Below are positions 1 to 8,052 of a DNA stretch of 32,000 nt, piece after piece. The translations under genes and the position numbers were made by a program. The stretch comes from Cuniculiplasma divulgatum (GTDB taxonomy: Archaea; Thermoplasmatota; Thermoplasmata; Thermoplasmatales; Thermoplasmataceae), in NCBI RefSeq assembly GCF_900083515.1, contig NZ_LT671858.1:450001-482000 (forward strand). Direction: 5' to 3'. The notes below the pieces were generated by a model. The model ran no database searches. It saw only the letters and a program-made list of their open reading frames with translations, and was not told the DNA's origin. Numbering within the stretch: the stretch's first letter is position 1; every line of letters starts with the position of its first letter.

Positions 1-1887
1 ACTGGAATTATTAGGTGAACTAAACATCCCATCATTTGTTAAATTAAAAAAATAGAGGGAAATGCAGTTAAACCTTTCAATATGTTTCAAACTGATACAC
101 TGTATCCCCTGATCTGAAATGTCACTGGAATCTTTGACTTCATTGCTTGAGTTTACAAAGGTAATGGAAAGAGAATTACAGCCATCATGAATTGATATTA
201 CTCCATTTACAGTATCTGGAACATACTTACCATGATTAGGTATATAAACGGAATACTGAAAATCACATAAATCGTGTATACTTAAAGAGGTGCTATCAAT
301 ATTATAGCTGTTTTCCCCAATGCATATCTTCCACTCTGGGGTTGAGTGGGTTTTGTACATCAGTCCTTTCTCAGTAATATGCAGTGAAGACGACCCACAC
401 GTTGGATTATAACCAATAATAAAGTAATATGGTTCTGAAAGTGACTTCAGATTATCCTTTGTAATATTAAAGCAATTGTATTCATGGGGCAATGAACTGT
501 TATCTTTAACGTAGGAGATATTACATTTAATCTGTGCACTGAAGGCGTAAGCAGTGCCAATTCCATCTGAGCAGGGTTGATTACTGGCAGATGCAAGAAA
601 TTCATTGGGACCATAACCATAACCCATCTTATTGTTGCTGTATCGAATACCAAAGTTGTTGTTCTGCTTACCTGATGATCCTGAACTCTCATTCACAGAT
701 TCCCAGAAATTTAAGTAATATGTTCTTATGTAGGGGTGCTGGGTACCCAGGAGTATACAGTTATCAAAGTTCACTTTTTCCATAATATCACCCTTTGTAT
801 AGGAAGTGTTGTTTGTATTTCTCTTCAAATTTATGACTTTTCCAGATCCTGTTAAGGCTGATCCCCACATGGTTTTTCCAACATTTAGGTACAATGATGA
901 TTTTCCCTGCATAAACTGATTTCCATATTCTAGGTTAGGTTCCAGAATAAATTCAACATAGTTCACAGACTCATAGGAGGAGCTAATAGTAAATTGCTGG
1001 GAGGCAAGTCTGTAATAATTTGTATTCCCTATTTTCAGCACATTAGCGCTATCACCAAGCCAGTCTCCCAGGCAATTTGTACTATCATATGATCGGTTCA
1101 GGTTTGTGTTATAATTATAGTCAGGGCTAACATGATTAAAATTAATAGATGCCAAATCAGACGTTTCGCCGAAATTACCGGAAATGACCGTTTGATTTAT
1201 ATTACATGTAAAAACAATGGGAATAGAAACTGAAGAAGTGTTTACAAGAACAATTCCCCTTGCTGGATCAGGTTTGAAACTTTTACTGTTAGAGCTAACA
1301 CTGAAAGTATATTCCCCTCTGGGAAGGCAAAAACTTAGAATTCCTGAAGTCGAAGCAGTTGCTGGACTGGAGGACTTGGAAATACCGTTCACCTTTACGT
1401 TCCAGTACCTGCCAGTTTTTAACCCACTTTCCATAAATTCGAGTTCATAATCGTCTATCTCTGAAATCTTCATGTTATTCATAATGTTATTTGAACTGGT
1501 GTTCGCGCATGAAGCAACGGAGTCAATTTTTCTATCTACCTGTTTGGTATAGTTCATTTCGAGAGAATATGATAGAGAAGCATTGAAATTACTTGAATAA
1601 TAAATATTGGTACTTTCTGCTGGAATGAAAGGGGGTGTACCACTTATACCGAGAGGTACATTCTCTGAAACCGAGTCTCCCGGCTTGAGGTTTTGGTTTA
1701 ACATCTTTGACTCCATGGAAATCAGGGATGATTGCGTTTCCATCTGAAAATTTATTTCATTACTTGTGCTGGTGCTTGGAACATACCATAAAATAAAGCT
1801 AGTCAGAAGAACGCTTACAATGGCAAATAAAAGAAGTGCACCTATAATTTCACTCACAGCCTTTTCTTCAGTTATAGGAGTTTTCAT
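1..1887 (-). CDS. Large secreted/surface protein with an archaeal class III (type IV pilin-like) signal peptide. Only the N-terminal 629 codons are present because the gene runs off the left edge. Paralog of 3292..6171.
   Basis: I hand-translated the minus strand from the ATG at 1885-1887, and it stays open to base 1. It is absent from the supplied track because it has no stop in the window. The N-terminus MKTPITEEKAVSEIIGALLLFAIVSVLLTSFILWYVPS matches the neighbouring 959-aa protein. Colinear motifs follow: GISGTPPF, NIYYSSNFNASLSY, SGLKTGRYWNV, ASQQF, YYLNFWESVNES, GYGYGPNEF. Confidence 0.8.
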   Translation of the reverse strand, partial: MKTPITEEKAVSEIIGALLLFAIVSVLLTSFILWYVPSTSTSNEINFQMETQSSLISMESKMLNQNLKPGDSVSENVPLGISGTPPFIPAESTNIYYSSNFNASLSYSLEMNYTKQVDRKIDSVASCANTSSNNIMNNMKISEIDDYELEFMESGLKTGRYWNVKVNGISKSSSPATASTSGILSFCLPRGEYTFSVSSNSKSFKPDPARGIVLVNTSSVSIPIVFTCNINQTVISGNFGETSDLASINFNHVSPDYNYNTNLNRSYDSTNCLGDWLGDSANVLKIGNTNYYRLASQQFTISSSYESVNYVEFILEPNLEYGNQFMQGKSSLYLNVGKTMWGSALTGSGKVINLKRNTNNTSYTKGDIMEKVNFDNCILLGTQHPYIRTYYLNFWESVNESSGSSGKQNNNFGIRYSNNKMGYGYGPNEFLASASNQPCSDGIGTAYAFSAQIKCNISYVKDNSSLPHEYNCFNITKDNLKSLSEPYYFIIGYNPTCGSSSLHITEKGLMYKTHSTPEWKICIGENSYNIDSTSLSIHDLCDFQYSVYIPNHGKYVPDTVNGVISIHDGCNSLSITFVNSSNEVKDSSDISDQGIQCISLKHIERFNCISLYFFNLTNDGMFSSPNNSS

Positions 1888-2067
1888 AAACAGGTCATGG
1901 TATCATTAATAAAACAGCACTTTTAATGTACAAAAATTGCACACTGCGAGAAAGAAAAACTCTGTTCGTCATTGCTACTGAAACTCTGTTTACTGTAGTG
2001 CAATCATAAATCTATGAAAAATTCATAAAAATTAAATTATAGATAGAAATATGACATAAAATAAGAG

Positions 2068-2427
2068 ATGATAATAGTTATGACAAAAATTCTCGTTATG
2101 CTTACAACAGGTAAGGAAAATATAAACACAGAAATGGTTGCATTTAATTTTGCCGTAAATGCAGTTAAAAATGCGAATTCAACAGTGGAATTTCTATTTC
2201 TAGGAAGAGGGGTACAGGCAGTGAATAAAAAACAAAAAAGTGCTCCGCAGTTCAGAGAACAGATAGATAATCTAAGGAAAGCATCCATACCTGTTAAGGT
2301 CTGTAAGGTCAGCCTTCAAGGAGAAGGATTGTCAGATGAAGATATATTCGAAAATCTAGATTCAGTCTTTGGTGCTGTTGAAGTGGATAATAGAATAAAG
2401 GAAGGATATTCAGTAATAACATTCTAG
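2068..2427 (+). CDS. DsrE/DsrF-like small sulfur-relay family protein
   Basis: 119-aa ORF with the pattern of small DsrE-like proteins: ILVMLTTG near the N-terminus, a central VKVCKVS with the conserved Cys, and a C-terminal GYSVITF. It is a paralog of 8053..8400, which ends GYVPITF. The start may instead be the ATG at 2080 (MTKILVML), which aligns better with the paralog. Confidence 0.6.
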   Translation: MIIVMTKILVMLTTGKENINTEMVAFNFAVNAVKNANSTVEFLFLGRGVQAVNKKQKSAPQFREQIDNLRKASIPVKVCKVSLQGEGLSDEDIFENLDSVFGAVEVDNRIKEGYSVITF

Positions 2428-2434
2428 ATGCATT

Positions 2435-3232
2435 ATGTTTGAAATAAATGAAGTTCAGATATTTCTATCCATAATATCTGGTATTCTTGTAGGTTTTTCC
2501 CTTGGATTAATCGGAGGCGGAGGATCAATACTTGCCATTCCATTGCTCATATATTTTGTGGGTTTTGATCATCCACATATTGTAATCGGAACAACAGCAC
2601 TTGCAGTTGGTGTTAATGCATATTTAAATTTAATACCACATACACTTAAGAAACATGTTGATTACAAGATAGGACTTGAATTCACAATCCCTGGAATTGC
2701 AGGTGTCCTGATCGGATCGGAGTTAGGTCTATTAACACCAGGCAATGATCTTCTGTTCTTCTTCAGTTTTCTGATGATAGGAATAGCAGTATATATGTTA
2801 AAGAGAAAATGCATAGATCTGTCAGAAATGCAAAGAAAAGTGTCTAATTCATCAAGATCACTGGCAATACTCATTCTTGCTGGACTCATTGTTGGATTCG
2901 CATCCGGATACTTTGGAATAGGTGGCGGTTTCCTAATAGTTCCAGGATTGCTGTTCGGTGGTGGTCTTAATATATTACAGGCAGTGGGCACATCACTCAT
3001 GGCAGTTGGAACATTTGGTGTGATAACCGCAGCAAGATATGCCATAAGCGGTGATCTTGATATAACAATATCAGCACTGTTTATTGTGGGAGGAATCTTT
3101 GGTGGATGGTTTGGTGCAAGACTTGCTGGAAAAGTACCAAAGAGAAGACTCACACAGATATTTGCAGTAATTGTGATTATTGTTGCGTTCTATATAATGT
3201 ATCAGAACTATTCTGTGATACTACATATATAA
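2435..3232 (+). CDS. TauE/SafE family (DUF81) sulfite/anion exporter-like membrane protein
   Basis: 265-aa polytopic membrane protein with two internally repeated Gly-rich halves (GLIGGGGSILAIPLL and GYFGIGGGFLIVPGL), typical of TauE/SafE. It starts 8 nt after the DsrE-like stop. Confidence 0.8.
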   Translation: MFEINEVQIFLSIISGILVGFSLGLIGGGGSILAIPLLIYFVGFDHPHIVIGTTALAVGVNAYLNLIPHTLKKHVDYKIGLEFTIPGIAGVLIGSELGLLTPGNDLLFFFSFLMIGIAVYMLKRKCIDLSEMQRKVSNSSRSLAILILAGLIVGFASGYFGIGGGFLIVPGLLFGGGLNILQAVGTSLMAVGTFGVITAARYAISGDLDITISALFIVGGIFGGWFGARLAGKVPKRRLTQIFAVIVIIVAFYIMYQNYSVILHI

Positions 3233-3245
3233 CGTTAAACATATT

Positions 3246-3260
3246 AAAATTAAAAAAAAT
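3246..3260 (-). terminator. Oligo-T tract (T8 on the minus strand) downstream of the 959-aa gene
   Basis: A8 on the plus strand at 3252-3259 reads as T8 on the minus strand, 33-40 nt past the stop at 3292-3294. Archaeal termination commonly uses oligo-T runs. Confidence 0.4.
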
Positions 3261-3291
3261 TAATTATCTATATTTATGTATCATCCTAGAT

Positions 3292-6171
3292 TCAGACTGA
3301 ATCAACAGTGTAATCTACACTTTTTATGTTTGCTGAATATAGCGATACATATTTGTCAATCATCGAAACTATCTCTGTGTTCTTAGAAAGCCTGAAGTCA
3401 AAGCGGTGGAACAGGTTAAAATTACTATAAGACCCTGAACCCAGTAGTTCTGTGAACATAGTATTGGCCCAGTAGGAAGCATAGGTTGAGTGGATTATAT
3501 AGCTGTAATTGTACAGACAAATGCTGTTAACTTTTCCCAGTTTGTTGTTAAAGGTATAAGAGTTCCCAGTAGTGTAATTTACGAGCGTAGATTTTGACAT
3601 TATCATTGATACTATGGTGCTTCCTACACCACTTACTGACGTAGAAACCCCTTTAGACATGGACATATTATACGCAATAGAGCTTAATGAGATCCCTTTG
3701 GACGAATCAACTATCCTAATTGGTAATGGATTAACGGTAACATATGTTACCCCTTTCCCAGCCGTTAGTACGATCCCATCCTGGAGGACTTGTGTTTCAG
3801 TAATAGTGAATTGGGTAACTCCCTTAGAATTTAGAGAACCAACAATGTGAAAATCTCCCGTAACTTGATAAGGAACTATCTCTCTAGATACCGTAACGTT
3901 ATAATAGCCTACCCCAAATATGAAAGATTGATTAGATACATCACAGGTATTAGGAGAATTTGATCCATATGAAGTTAAAACTGAATTTTTTGAAATATTC
4001 AGTGCAGATGTCATACTATCTGATTCAACTCTTTGAAGATAATTGCTATACCCTCCAGTCATTGCAAAACCCCATCCGACTTCTCCAGAAAATGAGATCT
4101 GACCAGCTGAGTTGACATCCCTAACGGTTATATTATACGTCCCTTTTCCAAATTTAATTGGTTTATGCCCATCAATTGAACTGGTTAGAAAAATCTGCTC
4201 CCACCCTGTCTGTAGAATTTTTTTATCTACAGTTACAATGGCTTCGCCTGTCTTATTGTATATCTCAAGACTTATGTAATTCGTAGGTGTATTCCCAGAT
4301 TCATACCCAGGTGGTATTGTAAAGTTGTAAAGATATAGTGTAACAAAGTTAATTTTTGCAGATTTGGCTAGAGTGAATTGCTGTGTACCGCTATCTGATA
4401 TTGCCCAGAAATTTGGCAGAGAACCTACAGGCGCAAAAAATGATACATTTAAATACGTTATAGTTTTTGTACTGACTATAGAAATAAAGCCATCTTCTGG
4501 ATTGGATATATTTTTCTCAAAATTAGGCACGGTATAATTATACTGTATATATGGTAAACCAGTTATGTTAATCCAGTGAGTTTGACTTGTATAGCACTTT
4601 GTGCCTAAATAAAATCTCCAACTCTTTTGACTATGAGCCAAATAGGTTGTGTTAATACCACTTTCATGTATAATCAAAGCACCGTTGTTTGTTGTCTTAG
4701 GTACATTATACCCTAAGAGGAAATAATAACTACTGTAACTTTCAATTGATTGTTCAGAAGAAAGATGAAAGTATGTGGATCCAGAGCTAAAAAAGTTGCC
4801 ACCACTACAAAAAGCATCAACCGTTGCTTCATAGTAATACGAGACCCCGGTATTTACAGAAATACTTGGATTTGTAATTGTGCCAATAAATTCATTTGGA
4901 CCATAACCATATCCTTTTAATTTGTTTTGAAATATGAGTGAACCATCACCAGTGCTAGTTTTGTTATTTTTGCTTTCATTAACAGCTTCAAAGAAATTTA
5001 AATAGTATGTTGTAGTTTTTCCCGTTGGATTTAATACAGGACCTGAATTTGGAAAAGATAAATTTTCTAGAATATTAGAAGAAGTAAAAGATTCTGTTCT
5101 TCTACCGCTAGGTTCGACCAAGATGGATGTATTTCCATTTTCCACTCCTTTTCCAAAAGGTGAGTGACTTATAGAAACCAACACACCTGCGTTCCCCTGA
5201 TATTCTTGCTCATAATAAACTATATTTGGCTCCAGGTAGAATTTAACGTAACTGATTGGTGTATCAGTCTGATATACAAAAAATTGCTGAGAAGCCAGCG
5301 GGTAATAATTAACTTTTGTTCCATAGAAATGATGCGCTGAATTATTTAGCCAGTAATTTGGGTAGGTTATATCACATACGTTAGGTTGTGTTACAACACC
5401 TACAAAGTTGGCCGTGTTTATTGCATTTGCATCTTTTGTTGGCCCGTAAGCCGCGGCCACAATACTCATACCAACTGAATTTATCTCACTAGTGAATTGG
5501 ACAGGAACTGTAACTCCCTGATTTGTGATTTTAACCGTACCACCGGCAGGGCTCGCTCTGTCTGTTTCATTATTTGTAGATATGGTGTAACTATAAGTTC
5601 CTCTTGAAAGGCTGAATGAAATTATATCCGCATAATGCGAGGAAACTGGGCTACCCGATTCCTGAACTCCCCCCAAAGTAACTGTCCAGTAATAACCAGG
5701 TGGAAGACCAGTCTCTTGAAAATTTACAGAATATTTGAATTGAGAAGACACATAGTTGTTGTCCAGTATATTGCTTACACTCGCATTGGCACAAGCAGCC
5801 ATAGAAACAGTTTTCTTTGTAACTATATTCGTGTAATTGACATTCATTCCATAGGATAAATTTGCATTAAAGTTATTTGAATAGTAGAGGTTAGTGCTTT
5901 GGGATGGTGTGAAAGGCGGCGTTCCACTGATACCCAACGAAAAGCTCTGTGAAATTCCACTTCCCGGAGTAACTGATGGATTGATCATCTTCGAATCCAG
6001 CGATGAGAAAGCATTCTGTGTAGAACTTTGATATGACAAATCATTGTTTGTGCCTGTGCTCGGAACATACCATAAAATAAAACTCGTTAATAGCACAGAC
6101 GCTATGGCAAATAGCAAAATGGCCCCAATTATTTCGCTCACTGCTTTATCTTCCTTTATCACTGGCTTCAT
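3292..6171 (-). CDS. Large (959 aa) secreted/surface protein with an archaeal class III (type IV pilin-like) N-terminal signal, probably glycosylated
   Basis: Long ORF. The N-terminus MKPVIKEDKAVSEIIGAILLFAIASVLLTSFILWYVPS has a charged head, a K-A-V-S-E-I-I-G processing-site-like motif and a hydrophobic helix. The rest is rich in Asn/Ser/Thr/Tyr, with more than 20 N-x-S/T sequons by hand count. An ETGLPPGYYWTVTLGG...GTYSYTIS...VTVPVQFT module resembles beta-sandwich repeats of secreted Sulfolobales/Thermoplasmatales proteins. Confidence 0.85.
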   Translation of the reverse strand: MKPVIKEDKAVSEIIGAILLFAIASVLLTSFILWYVPSTGTNNDLSYQSSTQNAFSSLDSKMINPSVTPGSGISQSFSLGISGTPPFTPSQSTNLYYSNNFNANLSYGMNVNYTNIVTKKTVSMAACANASVSNILDNNYVSSQFKYSVNFQETGLPPGYYWTVTLGGVQESGSPVSSHYADIISFSLSRGTYSYTISTNNETDRASPAGGTVKITNQGVTVPVQFTSEINSVGMSIVAAAYGPTKDANAINTANFVGVVTQPNVCDITYPNYWLNNSAHHFYGTKVNYYPLASQQFFVYQTDTPISYVKFYLEPNIVYYEQEYQGNAGVLVSISHSPFGKGVENGNTSILVEPSGRRTESFTSSNILENLSFPNSGPVLNPTGKTTTYYLNFFEAVNESKNNKTSTGDGSLIFQNKLKGYGYGPNEFIGTITNPSISVNTGVSYYYEATVDAFCSGGNFFSSGSTYFHLSSEQSIESYSSYYFLLGYNVPKTTNNGALIIHESGINTTYLAHSQKSWRFYLGTKCYTSQTHWINITGLPYIQYNYTVPNFEKNISNPEDGFISIVSTKTITYLNVSFFAPVGSLPNFWAISDSGTQQFTLAKSAKINFVTLYLYNFTIPPGYESGNTPTNYISLEIYNKTGEAIVTVDKKILQTGWEQIFLTSSIDGHKPIKFGKGTYNITVRDVNSAGQISFSGEVGWGFAMTGGYSNYLQRVESDSMTSALNISKNSVLTSYGSNSPNTCDVSNQSFIFGVGYYNVTVSREIVPYQVTGDFHIVGSLNSKGVTQFTITETQVLQDGIVLTAGKGVTYVTVNPLPIRIVDSSKGISLSSIAYNMSMSKGVSTSVSGVGSTIVSMIMSKSTLVNYTTGNSYTFNNKLGKVNSICLYNYSYIIHSTYASYWANTMFTELLGSGSYSNFNLFHRFDFRLSKNTEIVSMIDKYVSLYSANIKSVDYTVDSV

Positions 6172-6419
6172 ATAGAATAATCATAATTCATCTGGTTTAA
6201 AAAACATTTGCATTATCAATTGAAATTAATTTTTTTAATCTTATTAGGGGCAAATTAGTAAAAGTAACATAACTGGTGTATTCTAACCAGTGTTCTTTCA
6301 GTCAAAAGTTCTAAACCATTAAGTTCAGCAAACAACAAATACTCCAGTCTGTACATCTAATCGTCTAACATTGTTTTTTATTTATCTTCTCTGAAATGAA
6401 GTAAGATTTATACCTTTGA

Positions 6420-6665
6420 AATAATGGGTGTTTCACGTTAAGCGAAGAAAAATTTAAGGAACTGACACCCTCATCAAGACTCATATTAATAACCTTGAAG
6501 AGTATAAAAATTGCAGATGTAAAGACACTTATGAAAGAAACAGGGCTCTCAAAAAGGGCTTTAATGGGTTCACTGAAACACTTACGTGAGGAATCACTGA
6601 TCAGTGTTAAAACATGTCTAAGTGATACCAGAAGGAGATTTTACTGTTTTATACAGGATGATTAG
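6420..6665 (+). pseudogene. Small winged-helix (MarR/ArsR/TrmB-like) DNA-binding ORF without a canonical start. It is either frameshifted or N-terminally truncated.
   Basis: The open frame 6420-6662 (stop TAG 6663-6665) reads ..LSEEKFKELTPSSRLILITLKSIKIADVKTLMKETGLSKRALMGSLKHLREESLISVKTCLSDTRRRFYCFIQDD, a textbook wHTH pattern. The first in-frame ATG/GTG/TTG is TTG 6495, inside the domain. An ATG at 6424 (MGVSR-stop) is in the +1 frame, and a 1-nt indel near 6437 would fuse it into an 80-aa protein. Confidence 0.4.
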
Positions 6666-6773
6666 TCACTCATTGTATAATAATTATAACATATTCAAAT
6701 AGAACAAACCACTTTTTATTAAAAATCCCATTGATATGAAAGTCGGATTATAACATTAGGTAATAAAATTATT

Positions 6774-6935
6774 TTAAATTGGCCAGAAAACTTTTGCCAG
6801 TTCGACAACAACAGCCATTGCTATCCCAATGTAAATAACAAGTTTTGGATCCAGAGCCGGTCCCGTAATTTCTTCTTCATCGAAATATCTTATTAAACCT
6901 GCTCCTGATTGGAAACCATCCTTCTTTTCCGCCAT
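6774..6935 (-). CDS. secG: Preprotein translocase subunit Sec61-beta (archaeal SecG)
   Basis: This 53-aa ORF is below the track cutoff: MAEKKDGFQSGAGLIRYFDEEEITGPALDPKLVIYIGIAMAVVVELAKVFWPI. The GAGLIRYFDEE motif followed by a single C-terminal TM helix is the archaeal Sec61-beta signature. Confidence 0.7.
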   Translation of the reverse strand: MAEKKDGFQSGAGLIRYFDEEEITGPALDPKLVIYIGIAMAVVVELAKVFWPI

Positions 6936-6971
6936 TCAAAATCCTAATACAATTAAGCTTTTTATTCTTTC

Positions 6972-7949
6972 CTATTCTGTCTTAAGATTTGAATCACCCG
7001 TTTGAATGACTCTAGCTCCTCCCGCAACTTTCAAAAGGTAAATTTCTCTTGAATGTTCCAGGGCAACATTTCTTACCCTTTCCACATTTTTTTCCTCTGT
7101 TACAAGAAATACACTATTTCCCCCAGTCACTATGTAGGTAAGCCATATCTTCTTTCTAATTTCATGAATTTCTTCCATCAGTACTTTCATTTCCTCAGTC
7201 ACAATTTTAACATCAACAAGGCTATTAAGATAATGGTAATCGTCCGTATCTCTCATGGCAAGTTCGAATATATCCTTTATTTGGTTCTTTCTTGCAAGCT
7301 CCTTTAATGTGATCACATTTTGATCTGCATTCATGATTCTTTTTTTGTAATATTCTGACTTCGGCTGATTGAAATGTATATCGTCTGAAGGCTTTCTTTT
7401 ATGAGGAAATACAACGCTTAAAATTCTATAATTCTCGAATTTACTTTCATCAAGAATTTGCCTTGTTAGTGGTTTTTCTATCCCTTCTGTAACTGTCAAA
7501 CCACCATAAAAACTTCTTCCGGCACTCTCAGAAACTTTCCTCATATTCAATTCCAGATCATTTTTATCAACATCGGGAAGAAGCCATGATATACATTTCC
7601 CAAGTGCGGCTGCCCCTGCATCCGAGCTACCACTTATTATATTTCTGTTTACAGAGTTGAAATATATGTGGCCAGAATACTTTCTATTGATCTGTTCTTT
7701 GTAAAGATCGATTAATTTAAAGGGAGATCTAGTATCTTTTGCATCCAAAGTCTCACCATTGAGTGTATTTTCCATTTTTTTATCGGTTATGGTTAGAGTT
7801 GTTTCTGCTACTGACTCCCTATCAGCAAGTGAATAGCAAATTCCAGCAGAATTATGATATGGAAGTCTCAATGCAGGATCGGAAAGTCCTCCCAGTAAGA
7901 CTATACCCATGGTTGGGTGGGCTGATGCCTTAACCTTAATAGAATTCAT
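6972..7949 (-). CDS. GHMP-kinase/diphosphomevalonate-decarboxylase family protein, most like Thermoplasma-type mevalonate-3-kinase
   Basis: 325 aa. The motifs AHPTMGIVLLGG, ISGSSDAGAAALG, VSESAGRSFYGGLT and YIVTGGNSVF match my recollection of the Thermoplasma acidophilum mevalonate-3-kinase (an MDD homolog). The family call is solid. The exact activity is inferred. Confidence 0.7.
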   Translation of the reverse strand: MNSIKVKASAHPTMGIVLLGGLSDPALRLPYHNSAGICYSLADRESVAETTLTITDKKMENTLNGETLDAKDTRSPFKLIDLYKEQINRKYSGHIYFNSVNRNIISGSSDAGAAALGKCISWLLPDVDKNDLELNMRKVSESAGRSFYGGLTVTEGIEKPLTRQILDESKFENYRILSVVFPHKRKPSDDIHFNQPKSEYYKKRIMNADQNVITLKELARKNQIKDIFELAMRDTDDYHYLNSLVDVKIVTEEMKVLMEEIHEIRKKIWLTYIVTGGNSVFLVTEEKNVERVRNVALEHSREIYLLKVAGGARVIQTGDSNLKTE

Positions 7950-8052
7950 TAATTTAAGATTTAAATGAATATTATTAAATTATTCATTCTTCTACCTTGA
8001 ATTGTATTTCATAGCTACTTATGATTTTTATATATAGATTATATCTACAATC

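Noticed and set aside
447-1450. Track ORFs 447..692 (-), 591..785 (+) and 1217..1450 (+)
   Set aside because: All lie inside the long open minus-strand frame (1..1887) that has a clear paralog. They are off-frame or antisense shadow ORFs with no recognisable motifs.
2662-3153. 163-aa minus-strand ORF antisense to the TauE gene. Similar long antisense ORFs occur at 12674..13012, 15374..15739, 15895..16473 and 28902..29243.
   Set aside because: Each is fully embedded antisense in a gene with strong family motifs. Their translations are low-complexity (Pro/Ser/Ile-rich) with no motifs, which is typical of shadow ORFs.
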